Made by a program: the position numbers and the translations under genes. Shown one piece after another: positions 23,566 to 36,400 of a DNA stretch of 64,000 nucleotides; position 1 is the first letter of the stretch, and the number at the start of each line of letters is the position of its first letter. Location: NCBI GenBank assembly GCA_000934665.2, contig KZ537971.1, positions 62,001 through 126,000 of the forward strand, written 5' to 3'. The notes beneath the pieces were generated by a model that saw only the letters and a list, made by a program, of their open reading frames with translations, made no database searches and was not told the origin of the DNA. The stretch comes from Catajapyx aquilonaris. Lineage: Eukaryota.

Positions 23566-26245
23566 CTGGGGAAGAGAAAGAGAGGACCGCAGGTAAGAAT
23601 TCATTCCCTTGGCATTTTCATTTCACGACGCAGATGGAAGATATGTCAAAAACACTGGGCTGTTGGATGCAGGCAGGAAGAAGATTTAAATATGTCTGCA
23701 TCAGTGTCCTCCGTTCGGAAGAAGGATGAGAGGCAAATCCTGCGCATAATGAACATGTCTGCAAATGCCCTGGCAGATGCGCACGGGATATATGCTGTAC
23801 CTCCGTATATACGATAGGCGGTGTAGGCCGTATAGCTGGGACCAGGCAAAATAGACGAAGGCTATCTTTCTCGGAGGGATGGATCCGCAGACGAGATACC
23901 TACTTGCGGCCAAAGGCGACTTAAAACCGCGAGGCTTCGCCCTTCTTTTTTTTTTTTTACGGCGCTGTCTTTATTATAAGCCTGCAGGGTTGGAACTCTA
24001 AAAACCCGCTGAAGGACGGAGTTTTTCTTCCTTCGCAAAGAGATCAGAAATATACGCGCTATGGCCAAGGATCTCATTCCATCTCGGCCCTTTTCCTCCG
24101 CTTCTGCATGCCTGGTCTCGTTTGCCCTACTGACACTTCAAGTACACTCGTGTCCATTGACCACATTACAGTCGGTCCTTGAATATAGCCTACTCTATCC
24201 AGCTTCCTTTTCGGACTTATACGGTATCAAATAAGCTGCATGTAGTCTGATGTGACTAACACGTCTGTGGGTGAGACGTCCAAGGTAGCTTGCAAGGTTT
24301 TCCAAACTCATCGGGGTACTAGCCCCAAGCGAAATGACGGCATGGATTTCAAGAAGGGGCAGATGAAGAAAGTTAAAAGAAAAAACCATTACAAACTATG
24401 CTGTTAACTAAGGCAAGTCCATTTGTTGAATTTAAATATTTTTACGACAATTCTAGAGGCGTGAAAAGTCTTAAATGAAGTTTGAAATTGCATTTTTATA
24501 TCGCAATTAATATTCACGATGGCGTTTGGAATCTTTCCGGTGTTGGTGAAGCACAGTATATGACATTTCGATGGAAAGTGGATATGTAACCCACCATCTA
24601 CTTGCCACATAATTATCCTGCAATATGATCTTTTAGAATTGACAATGCGTGTTATTCCATGCAGCAATAAGCGCTCCCTGGCAAATCAAAACAACGCAAC
24701 ACATTACTATGTTCATTTATGCCAAATTTAACAAAACACTCATTTATAGCTGAACGAATTACTATAAACGGTATTACTAGGTACTAGCCTAGCAGTACAC
24801 AGACTCCTTCATGAGATAGATTGGGGTTTTAATGCTATTTTTCACTGGGCCATTTTCCCGGATATGAGAAAAATAGATCGACATTTTAATTAATTAGGCT
24901 TCTCCAGGACACGCGATATATTGTGCGCACGATAGATGGGACTTTCATTTCAATTGATGAGGCTTATTTGCACATATCATAGTTACGAATGTGCGTAACC
25001 CGACATACCTAATGAATCATGCAACAGTCTAAACTATAGCCAAATGAGGGGATCTCGCTCTGCGCTGCTATAGCTCGTGGCTTCAAGTTTTAGATATTAC
25101 TGCTAGTTTTGTTGTCAATAACCAGGGTAATTTCTCCTCAGTTCGAAATAACATAATTGTAATATTTCATGTTCGGCAGGTATCTCCATTTTATTCGTAA
25201 TTTCAGATAAGGTTTAAGTAAGAACTTGGAATGCTTAATGTGCTAGACATGGATAAATAACCGGCGACTGGAGTACGGCCCACCTCCTGATTCACGAGTC
25301 GCCAAGTTTTGTGATTCTTCCTCCCAAAATTAATGCAGAAACTAAAAGTTCAGAAAATACATAAAATCCGATCTGCGCGGCATTGTGAGTTTAATGCCCA
25401 CCAAGTTAAGCCCGAATACAAAAGATTCTGGCCGCATAAAAAAATATTAACGATCAGTAGGCCCTTTTTATCCCAGCACATCATGATGTTGACGGGTGAT
25501 CAACTTAGGGCCTATAATCTCCTTGCCTAAACACACTATCCGTCAAACAAGCCTAGAAAAGACGTTAATGCGAGTCAAATGTAGGCTCGGGGGCGGAAAA
25601 AGCGATCCCGTGAAATTGTGGCGCCTAACTTAACAAGTGAAGTGACAAATCCCAGCATGACACTCAAGCCCCGCGGAAAGGGATTAGAAACACGACAAGG
25701 TTTGTCGCAATGCAAAAATCGATAGAGCAGAATTTCTTCCTCCTAGTAGTCAAGCTACTTGCTCCCCTTCACCACTCAACCCCCACCCACTCAAAGCCCC
25801 CACCCCACCCACTCTACCCACATTCTGGCTTGATTCTCAATGGGGGCAAACTTTCCATCAAGTCCCCGCCCTATCTCTGCTAAGTACATAAATGATCCCG
25901 CCTTCACTAAGTTGCTAGCAAGTTCCTGCACGGAAAGAGTCGGTGCAAGACGACTCCAGACCGAACCTGTACCGCCTGCTCTCACGGTTAATCCTTCTCC
26001 AGATTCGCAGCCATCAACCCTCTTTCGGTACCCCCCTCTTCCTCCAACTAGCTCTCCGCTAAACACTCCCGGCAAACAACCCCACTTTGCCACTAATTCT
26101 GCCCCCCCCATTTTTTTCCCACGGACCGACGCACTGTCGTAAAGCTACAAGAAGCATTATTAGCAACGAGAGAGAACTTTGCGGTCGCCTACCGCCACCT
26201 CCAGCACGCTTCCAATGTGGACATGCTCGTATTCTGTCGTCCCAA

Positions 26246-26387
26246 GGAGAAACACCCTAACTGCAAAACTAGTAAGGGTGAAAATCGCATGCATGATCTG
26301 CACTAATCCCACCTGATCAGTGGGGATTAGTTCAGGGTATGCACGCGACTTTCACCCTTACTAGTTTTGCAGTTAGGGTGTTTCTCC
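26246..26387. repeat. 142-bp near-perfect palindrome (foldback/MITE-like)
   Basis: GGAGAAACACCCTAACTGCAAAACTAGTAAGGGTGAAA and its exact reverse complement as outer arms; centre TGATCA at 26314-26319. Confidence 0.9.
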
Positions 26388-28683
26388 ATGGTACGGCAGT
26401 ATTGGTCACTGGAAGTGCCATCTACAACCCCACCAGCATGAAAAACTGGTTTCATCCTGAAAGTCCGCTAACCTATGTGCCTCTCTTGCCACACTTATTG
26501 CCGTCATCTCAGGGGATATCCTTGCCTTCAATATTACCAGCTCCCTCAACATGGGTAGGCTGATTATTTGGCTTGGGTGGGGATTTGGACCCCTAGCAAA
26601 ACGGGTAAGGGATATGGTGCGAGGGATATGACGGCCTTATCCTGATACCTTCCCCACAACAAATAACCCAGGGTAAGAAAATTCGGTGCGGAAAGGCCAT
26701 CCTTTGGGCCGCTATCTCGCACTCAGCCCGAGCCGCACTTTATTTTAGGCCGGAATGGGAGGAATCCCGAGCAGGCGGCTGGAAATGTAGATGAAAGGAG
26801 AAAAGCCCTCTTGGGGGAAGGCGGATGGAAAGGGGAGAGAGAGGGGGGTTTGTAGATAAGGGGTGAAATGTTAGGAGGTGGAAATGGGCCTACTTGGTCT
26901 AAAGTTTTCCCAGTAATAAAGCCGCGCCTAAAGGTTGTTTCCACCCAGTTTCTGGGCACAGTTTTGGTGTGGGCGGATGGGTGGGGCAGGTCGGTGGTAA
27001 AAACCCCGGTTCTCCCACGGTTATTACGCTAACTATGGCTTCCCATCCGACGGGAAAGGGCGGAAAAGGCCGTGGAAATCTTTCCCTGCCGCGTGGAATT
27101 GTTTCCGCCATCGTTTGGCAACCAATTTCCTAGTCACGCTGACAGTCGATTGTCGCTCAGCTGCGATTGCCTTCACCGAATTAGCACCCTCTACCTTTTG
27201 AACCCCTTGTACACGGACCCCGTCAAAAAATACTCATTACTAGGAGACTTCAGGAAGGAAAACGGGGTAGCCAGCCACCCGATTACTATTTCATGAAATT
27301 AACCTTTCTAAAGAGAGACCGGGACGTTATAGTCGAGTAAAAGAGCGTTGAATTATACAAGAGGAATCGAGCTTTTACTTTGCTGAAAGCCTTTTGTCCT
27401 CTCCCTCCATCCTTCCCGTTCTACCCTCTCCCTCCTTCCTACCCTCTCCCCCCCCTTTGCCTCACTCACATCCTCCAAAGAGCGTCGTCGCTTCTTTTTG
27501 TTTGCTTCCCTTCCAATTCCAGAAAGGTCCATTTACACAAGGCCGTAAGGAAAAATACTTCTAGCAAGAAGGAAGGTGGGAAGGGACACAGGATCCGCAT
27601 GGGAAAAGACTACTATTGGGAATGAAATTAAAATTTCATTCTCAGTTCATTCTCGGGAGGAGCTTCGACGCGATTCAATTCCAGAAATACAAGAAGTGCC
27701 TGATGAAAGGAGCGGATTCACAGGTCTTCAAATCTGCTCATTTTCTACCGGTACATTCATTCTCACGTGTATCCTTGCTTCACAAAAACCTTTGTTCAAA
27801 TCTCTTTGGAATACCTTATCCTGCAGAAAAAGAATGCTGAATCAACTTAAGATCTGAAATGCAGAACGATAGGGGGCCACATTTTGGTCGAAATTGAACT
27901 GGTCATTGTGTAATATGTTCCATGATACTTTATGGTGGACAGGTCGGCGCGGAGTTCGTCTAGAAAAATTACTGTCGTCTACAAAAATGTTAAAGGAATA
28001 ATGAACACTTTACAACCTAAGAAAGTGTTATCAGAGGTAACTTTGATGTCGGAAGTACACTATAAACAGAAAATCAGCTTAACCGCAAATAGATCATCCT
28101 TGCCTATAGTACCCCAAAGCTGCCTCAAAGCTATCCACCAGGGGCAGGAGATAAAGTCACATCCGACAGTACTTCACAGAATATTAATGTTGTTCTGCAC
28201 GATATAGAGCAAGACGAAAGATTTCGCGTACATTGTAAAATTATGCAGAGGCAACAGAATTCCTAAAAGCATGTTATGGTGATCAGATATCCTCCCAAAT
28301 CCAGGCATTACCAGTGGCTGAAATATGTAGCACTGTCCTTGTCACATTAATTACTTAAAGTAGACCTACGTGAAATATGCTCCCAGACCACATAATGACT
28401 GGGAGCTTAAAACCAGTTCAAAGACTAATTTATTTAGAAGCTGCTGTAATTTTGCACCCTTTAAAAGAGGGAAATTCACGGGCTCTTTGTGGGTGGCAAC
28501 CATGTGATCAATGTAGGTCTCCAATGTGAATGTGCAATAAAAATGTCTCGCTTTCCCTGCCAAACTCCCGCTTGAATTGGCTTTGATTCTACCAGGCGCT
28601 TTTGACACCATACAATGCGCCTCTGTAAACCTCGTTTAACCCTTGAACACTAGCGAAAGCAAAAAAAAGGGTGTTTCATTTAC

Positions 28684-28820
28684 CTGCACGAGGTCACCAA
28701 AGGCATCCCCTCCGGCCATGAAGGTGAGGTGACACACAAAAGGCAGGTGGTCATCTCTGGGCCTCTGCACCTCCAATTGGTAGGTCCTCTCCGCCTCCCC
28801 GTAGTATGTCCGGTTGCAGG
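28684..28820 (-). CDS. CUB/LDLa membrane protein, coding exon 2
   Basis: 137 nt, phase 1/0, ggcag|CC and CAG|gtaaat. ACNRTYYGEAERTYQLEVQRPRDDHLPFVCHLTFMAGGDAFGDLVQ starts the first CUB-like domain. Confidence 0.88.
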
Positions 28821-31329
28821 CTGCCGGCAAATGAGGCGAAACGGATGAGGGAACATGATAATTATTCCGAGGCTGCCTTTGACCCTCTCTCCCCATCTCT
28901 CCCATGCCCCAGCCTCCCATCCCACTTAGTGGGGCCCAACTCCCCGATGGTCCAACGCTCCGGCGCCTTTTGCCCCGACATAATGTAGCAGTGGGGCGCC
29001 AATTAGAGGCCTGGCTGAGTTTTAATTTATCGGGGGCCGCGTCCAACCTCATTCGCCCCCATCATTTTCCTTCTCTTTCCACCCAAGCCCCATGCACGCA
29101 CCATGGACATCCTCTGGCTCACACAAAAAATGGCCTAGGGCCTCACTCTCCACCTGACTTCTTCCCATGCTTGTGGCTTCCATTCTACTCTCTGGCCGCC
29201 AGCTTGCCTCTCACTCACTAATGAAAACTTTCATTTCAGGATGCACGTCAATTAGTTTGGCCCGCCAACAAAAATGTACACCTCCCTGCTTTTTTTTTGG
29301 GGGGGGGGGGCGACTGTACATATGGCAAAGGTCTCTACTGTTGCTAACCTAGCTCGAAGCCACAAAACCGGAAAGGAGGATTCATGATTATTGTGGAAAC
29401 CATATTATGCAGCATAAAAGCTCGTGCCAGGGAAAGAAGCTGTACATGTTCATAAACCAAGATGAGTTCGAGAAATTGAGAGTTACATTACACTGAAATG
29501 CCACCAAAAGAGCACTCGACAGTAGCAGATGATATCCAATGGCAATGCACATTATAGGTGGCTATACTGTAGCTGGTACACAGACTGGAGTTGACATATT
29601 GAAGATTGGTTCTGCCAATATATGCTGGTGCTAATTATACGCTAAAACACCAAAATCCACATTTTGTATCATTGCTGGATTCTGAAATCAGATTATGTTG
29701 TAATGAATTTCTAAAAGTAATGAAAAAATTCTTAGCCAAAAGGTTATTGGACGTCATTCCAAAAACGAGCAGTACATGTCTAATAAGGTTTTATAATATG
29801 ACTTCAATATACTAACGTGTAATTGGTTACGATGAGGGCAACAGTGATGGGGATTATTATTACTACCACTACTATTATTAATATTATTAACAACATTATT
29901 ACTGCCGTTATTAATAATATTATTACTACTGTAATTCATTATTATCATTATTCCAGAAGCGTAAGTGGATTCTATAATTAAATTTACATTGCCTGCATCT
30001 ACATACCAGGCACACTGTAATTAGAGTACATCACTGGTTGCCATGAAAATGTGCAATTATGTACAGTTGCAGGACGAACTACAGGCCTGCCACAATTACT
30101 GAACTTCCAACTCACCATGCAGCTACTGCAATGCATAAAGCAAGATATGCAAATGCGAGAAATTATTAAAATTTCTGGCTGAAAAGCCATTCTGCAATAA
30201 TGACCTTCCTCCGATATTGGTGCTCAGATGTTTAAATCTGGATACCGGTGTTCCAAGAGGCAGTAAAGTTAAGACTCGCGAGATAATTAGCGCGTTGGCC
30301 CCCATTCGCAGCAGGCACAAGTATGCAGGCCATGGGGAGGTGAAGATATTTCCGGACACTAGTTTTCAGAAAGAGCTTTCCCAAGTGGTTCTTTTTGTAG
30401 ACTGGTACTCGAGACTTTAAAGAGTCGAGTGATTACATGCTTAGAAGGCTGAAGCCAAGAGGAGCCCAAAGTTGGGCTAAAACCGTTCCCATAGGACCTG
30501 TCTCAAGCTTCCAAAGCTACGTTCCAGCCTCCCATTGATCCCAGCCGCAAAATGCTGTAGTAAACAAGACCCAGTTATATAGTAAACAGCTCCGGAAAAT
30601 ATTTACTACCTCCACACGGGCTTCTTTTATTCCCCATTTAACCCCCCAGATGAAAGAAGCACAGGCTCACGGCCACCGCCATATAAAAAAAGCACTCATT
30701 TTCTCCCAACTTTGTGGAAACCGGGAGCGGTTCTGCCTCTTGGAGATAGGAAGATGTAAGATGGATCACGCCACCAAGAATGGCTCAGCTTTAGAGTTCA
30801 TAAACGATCATCCGTCTCAAAAGAGCAAAGCACAATTTTCTGCTTCTCGCATATTTACGCCCATACCGCTTCCAGGATGATTACGACCTGGTGAAGCCAA
30901 TCAGTTCGCAGTCGACTCTGATGTCGACAGCACTATTAAATGGAAGTTCAAAATGTAATAAAAGGTATAAACTGTGGATCTGTCATCCGAACAATACCCG
31001 ATCACACGAGTCCAATTTTTAAAACGGTTTACACGCACTAATATAGTTTCTGCACATTAATACTGTTATAACACGCATGTACGTGGGAGAAGATTAAAAT
31101 CAATACCAGCTGCAGAATGGCCTTTAAAATAGCCAGAAACAACCCATCCGTACTTGTTAAATTGCCTGGTATAGGTTTTTTTTTGCCTAATAATATTTTC
31201 CTCTGCGGAATCGTATACCTGCATCAAGTGTCTCGTAACAGGAATGCCAATCAAATCTGACGCTTTTCTGAACTTTGGTGTGCTGTACGTATGGATTCTC
31301 ACCTCAATTGTACTGTGTATTACCACGTA

Positions 31330-31457
31330 TTACAGTGTACTGTATACTGCATACAGTATACAGTATACTGCATACAGTATACAGTATACTGCATACAGTA
31401 TACAGTATACTGCATACAGTATACAGTATACAGTATACTGCATACAGTATACAGTAT
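31330..31457. repeat. Minisatellite of 7-mers (TACAGTA/TACTGCA) arranged in a 21-bp higher-order unit
   Basis: TACTGCA-TACAGTA-TACAGTA repeated about 5 times. Confidence 0.9.
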
Positions 31458-31719
31458 GTAGTGTTGTAAAGGACCCAAAGGGACCTAAAAAAACGATCAC
31501 AAATTTTTTGGGCCTTTTTGGAAAACCTGCATTTAAAGTTTAACCAACGACAAAAAGTCACTCGTATTTGTTTTCATTCATAACATTTCATTGGGAACTG
31601 CATTATTAGTATGTTCCAGGTCAAATTACTATAATTAGTTTTGTACTCTGAAGCAGGTATAATAACAATGAGCCTTTCATATTCAACAATTTTTATCCAA
31701 ATCCTCAAATGATTACTAC

Positions 31720-31868
31720 TGTATCAACAGTGCAAAAAGAACTGTCCCAGTCATCCTGACGTGTGGGCTGGCCGCTCGACACACACCATGTAAGTTACAT
31801 GGTGTGTGTCGAGCGGGCAGCACACACATCAGGATGACTGGGACAATTCTTTTTTAACTGATGATACA
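31720..31868. repeat. ~149-bp near-perfect palindrome with a 1-nt centre
   Basis: ...TGTCCCAGTCATCCTGA...CCGCTCGACACACACCATGTAA-G-TTACATGGTGTGTGTCGAGCGG...TCAGGATGACTGGGACA...; centre at 31794. Confidence 0.9.
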
Positions 31869-32906
31869 ATATTTGCCTGATCCAATCATTGAATGAATTA
31901 CTGCAAAAATCAGCAGTTGAAATTATTGGGTTTTTAAATATACCTACAGGTCCTTCGAGGCTTTAAGAGGTCCTACTTGTGCGTAACAAAACATGAGAAT
32001 GAAGCAACACTCGACTAACACAACATAGCTAATCCCCTACGGTGCATAACACAGCAAAAGACATACTACATTGTCCTAAAGAGTCTACATGACTTTTTTT
32101 TAAAAAAAAGGAACAATATTCATTCCAGTGTAATATAAAAGTGCGGATTAAGTTTCACTCGAAGCTTTATAGATTCGCTTTGAAGTGCCCCTATCCTTGA
32201 AATGAGAGACTAGTCTAAGATGATGATTATGTGCAGAGAGGATTAGCCTTTAGGAAGATGAGGCAAAAATTGATTAGTGTGACGGAAGTGGCGTTGCAGC
32301 GCCGTGGAATTCTCTCCCATCCCAGGATTTCATTTGGGTTTAATTAAGGCCCCGATAAGTCAGGAAAGGCCGCTCGCCGGTGTCACTTTGCCCCGCTCGC
32401 GTTTTGTCACCCAATCCCCGCCCTTTATAATGAATAATAATAAAAATTATTAAGCGCAAAAGGTGTTGAGGCCAGGGAGCCTTTTCCTTTTATTATTCTA
32501 CTGGAGGAGAAGCCGCCGGCTGTCCGATTCCAGTTAGCCCAATCAGACCCTGTAGGTGGGAAAAAGAGCACGTGGGAAATTGGCCCCCAGCCCGAAATTA
32601 AAACCAGGCAGGCTAACTGAAAGACAAAACCTCGCCGGAACTCAAAGGAAATTCATCAGTGCCTGGAGGGGAAAAGAAGAAGGACCGGGAAACGGATAAT
32701 TGTATGTGGAAGTTCCTTTTAAAGAATGTGCAGCCAGGTTTGGAGAATGCGCCCACAATTTGTGGGCACTCGGTTCCAATGAGAGAGTGTATATGTAGGT
32801 GGAGTAAGCCTATATGTGCAGATCAATTATTCTGGGTGGGTGCTAACATGGAGTTCAGCAAAGGTGGCTTCCCTATATGTACAGGGGACCACCAGGCAGA
32901 ACGTAA

Positions 32907-32971
32907 TTTCAAATGTTTCAAAATCCATGGCGTCACGTGCTGTGACGCCATGGATTTTGAAACATTTGAAA
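32907..32971. repeat. Perfect 30-bp inverted repeat with 5-nt spacer
   Basis: TTTCAAATGTTTCAAAATCCATGGCGTCAC-GTGCT-GTGACGCCATGGATTTTGAAACATTTGAAA. Confidence 0.92.
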
Positions 32972-33253
32972 CACTCATGCAAAATAGGCCATATACTGTG
33001 TGAGTTGCTGGCGGGACATACACCAAATTCAGGGAAAATTCTAGAAACCAATTTAAATCGCTACGCCACTGCAGGATGCAGAATATACACTATTAAAAAC
33101 TAGAATTCCATTACGAAAACTTTGTCATAATTTGAATACACTCCAGGAAAATATACAGTATAAAAGTTGTACACTCCTACAGTACTATATACACACTGCT
33201 CAATAGTAAAAGTATATTGGAGATTTGAACGAGAGAAGCAGAGAGGAACTAAC

Positions 33254-33464
33254 CAGTGCAGTGCCTTGGCTCGTCGGAGGCGTCCCCGCAGTCGTCGTGG
33301 GCGTCGCAAAACTGGTCGGCTCTTATGCAGTGGCCGTTTCGACATGGGTACTCTGAGATCCGGCAGGCCAGACCCCATGCCCCTGGACACAGGTAGCCCA
33401 GAAGTGCAACCAGCACAGCCAGCACCACCACCACCCGCACCCTCGCCCAAGCCGCTCCCAACAT
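33254..33464 (-). CDS. CUB/LDLa membrane protein, coding exon 1 (signal peptide and N-terminal LDLa); exon acceptor at 33477
   Basis: MLGAAWARVRVVVVLAVLVALLGYLCPGAWGLA (signal-peptide-like) then CRISEYPCRNGHCIRADQFCDAHDDCGDASDEPRHC (six-Cys LDLa with DCxDxSDE). Donor G|gttagt is phase 1 and matches exon 2. The joined CDS is 3144 nt, 1047 aa plus stop. Confidence 0.88.
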
Positions 33465-36400
33465 GCTACACCACCATCTGCAAATAAACAAGCACAAAAA
33501 ATGGTCATAATCAGCAAAAAATAATAATTGTATGCTCATTTGACGCCGTACATCCAGCACGGTGGGCAGACCCTGTCCGCGCCTCCATACACATACTAAT
33601 CGTGTAAACTTCATGAGGGACTTTATTAAACACGGCGCCGCAAATGACAATTATGTGCCTCACATAGTCTTTCCACCCCTCGCAGCATGTAAAACGAGTC
33701 GCCCACGCTAAATGTTTCATGTCGCCCACAATGCTGCAATTACACCGCCGCCATTTTTTTTGCGGATGGTCCCACGAATTTATCGTCGGTGGACGGGGGC
33801 CACTGAGCCCAGTTTCAAAACCGCTCATAATTTGATAAAGTGAAGAGCTGGGGGTATACGCACAGATTATTATTTTGAGCTGTTTTCCTAGATGTCCTGC
33901 AGGCATGGGGTGAGTCAAGAGAATATTCGCACTCATCTGCCTGTTTGTGCTCTCAGGGCACATTATTATGCACAATAATTTAGGTAGTGCTTTCCCACGC
34001 TGAAACCATGTATTTTGAAAAAAAAAAAGTCCACCAGTCCGGGCAGAGGTGACACAAATAACAGGGGCATGCAGGTAAGTAATTTATTCGTACGTCAGTA
34101 AAGGATTGACATAGCAAATTACACTTTGAAAATGAAAAATGACATACTGATGGTGTTGTGGTCGCAATTTGAGTTGGCTACACACCGATGACTCGCCATA
34201 CTCGGGTCACGTTCGGGCAAAATGTGAGTTGCAGTTTCAGAATTTTGGACGGGTTCACATGTTGCACACACCCTGGCGTCTCTACCCCCACACCAAAATT
34301 GCGACTAATCCGAAAGTAGCGGCCAACAAAAGTCGTCCCGGGCCGGCACCAAAAGTAGGGAAAACTTTGACGGCGAATTTGAGTCTTGGAGCGAAGCCAT
34401 TTTTCAAACTCAGAGTGGCCTCCTTTATTTTTTCTCCCCTCCATCTTTCTCTGCCCCCACTTCCTACTGAGTCTTTAAGCTTTTTGGCGCTGCAAAGTAC
34501 TCGGCGAGACTTTCCCTCAACGACGCCCGCTGCATTATGGCCCACTAGAGAGACGAAGAAAGACGGCTTACTATTCCAGTTTTCGCTTCCAAGTGATCAT
34601 TGATTTTTTGGTGCACCGATGCAGCTCTCTTCTCCACCCCCCCCCCTTATACTTCTCCCTACGTCTTCCTACCTCACATTCCCCAAAGGGACCTTCCATT
34701 TTCACAAGCTGCTCTTAGAAATTCTGAGAAAGTGATAGAAATCCTTCCAACCCTCAAAGTTAACTCTCAATCCTCCCTTCCCTCCCATTTCCGAAAAAAA
34801 AAAAACGATTTCAAATCTTATATAAATATTCAAAGCTCGGAGTCAGGAAGCCATCTTAACAAAGTTTGCCTTGTACGACTGGCTTTCCTAATAAATAATC
34901 CCATAAAACGACGACAGCTCTTCAACGCCTAATCTCTTCTTCGGAATTCTGTCAACCGAAGCTGCAACTTGCAAAATGGCATACTTCCACTCAGTCCCAA
35001 ATCAAACCAGACATATATGAGGAGCTTATCTCCAAAACCTCCTAATCATGTTTCATCACTTCTCAGGAGCAGAGGTAAACTTAAAGTAGTCAGGCTTAAA
35101 TATCACCATGAGGGAAATCATTTTGAAATATACTGCACGTGACCTAAAAAAATGGCATGAATAAACTCTCGGTGGGCTTAGTACGATTTTGAAAAAAGTA
35201 GATTTAGTAGGCTTTGCACATAAGCTATTTGAATTACGCCTGTATAGAGGACTCTCCTTTGGAAAAAAAAAACTGGGAATACCTCCAGGCATTCCCTTCA
35301 TGAAATCGGCTAAGTACGTGAAAGCGGGAAATGACGTTAAAGGAGTCCTATCATTCAGTCGCCTATCTGGCTTCCTTCATACCCTACTTCCTCTCATCCA
35401 TCCACAAAAGAAACTAAACCTCGTAAAGTTGGAGGCAGGTGAAAAATGTGGGGCTCAAATGAGCGAAGAGAAAGCAGTTGCGGCAGCAAAGGCATTGATG
35501 ATCGATAGTTCGATGGTCGGATGGGATAAGATGGAAGGCTTTCTCTATACACTTTCTTCACCAAAGCAAGAAAAAAAATAGGGAAGAACGAGATGGAGGG
35601 GAAAAGAAGGCCCATTTTTCCCCATCTAGGTAGCGTGCCTGCACATTGGTGCGGAGGATTCCGCGGATTGATTCCAGCAAATATTTCCGGAAAGCTCTCG
35701 GAAAAAAAAATGACTGAGATATACAGTATGCGGTTGTCCTAGGCATCCGGGTGCACAAAGTGAAACGCTTGTCCTCGCCTCACTGTCAAAGGGAAGAGAG
35801 TTGCCCAAGCGGGTAATCCCCTCGGAGAATGCGACATGTGTGGGTGTTGCTGAAACGTGTCTCTAACCATCAAAGTTCTTCTCACCAGCAGGATAGTTCT
35901 GCCTGCAAGCACACATATTGGATACTTTCTTCCAAGCAGATTTATTCACAAGCACAACCACATTTGTTTCCAATAGCATTCTATAGTGGCTCCCTACATA
36001 TGATCGATACGCTGCAGTGCAGTTTTTTTTTACATTCTAAGTGCATGAGCAGTGCCAAAAATAAATGCTGTCACGGTGAGATATCCCGGATATATGTACA
36101 ATGGCTGGATAAATTCTGATGCAAGGAGAATTTATCACCTGAGACCAAGGGTTCCAAGAGCCGAGACCACTTCTGCCATTACTCAACTCCGGTTAGTGAG
36201 GCCTGTTGGGAAAGTTTATAACCAATTTTTGTGCCATGTACCAGGTATACGGGTGTTCGAGTGGGGATGAGGAATGTGGCAGGCCCAAGAGGTTCGTGTC
36301 AAACTCCGCCTAAAAATAGGTTACAGCTGTTAACATATCTCCATGGACTTGTCCAAATTAGGGTGTGTAATAAAAGATCTTTTATCACGGTAATGCAATT

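Noticed and set aside
31330..31457. CRISPR-like or coding repeat
   Set aside because: Tandem 7/21-mers with no unique spacers in a eukaryotic intron.
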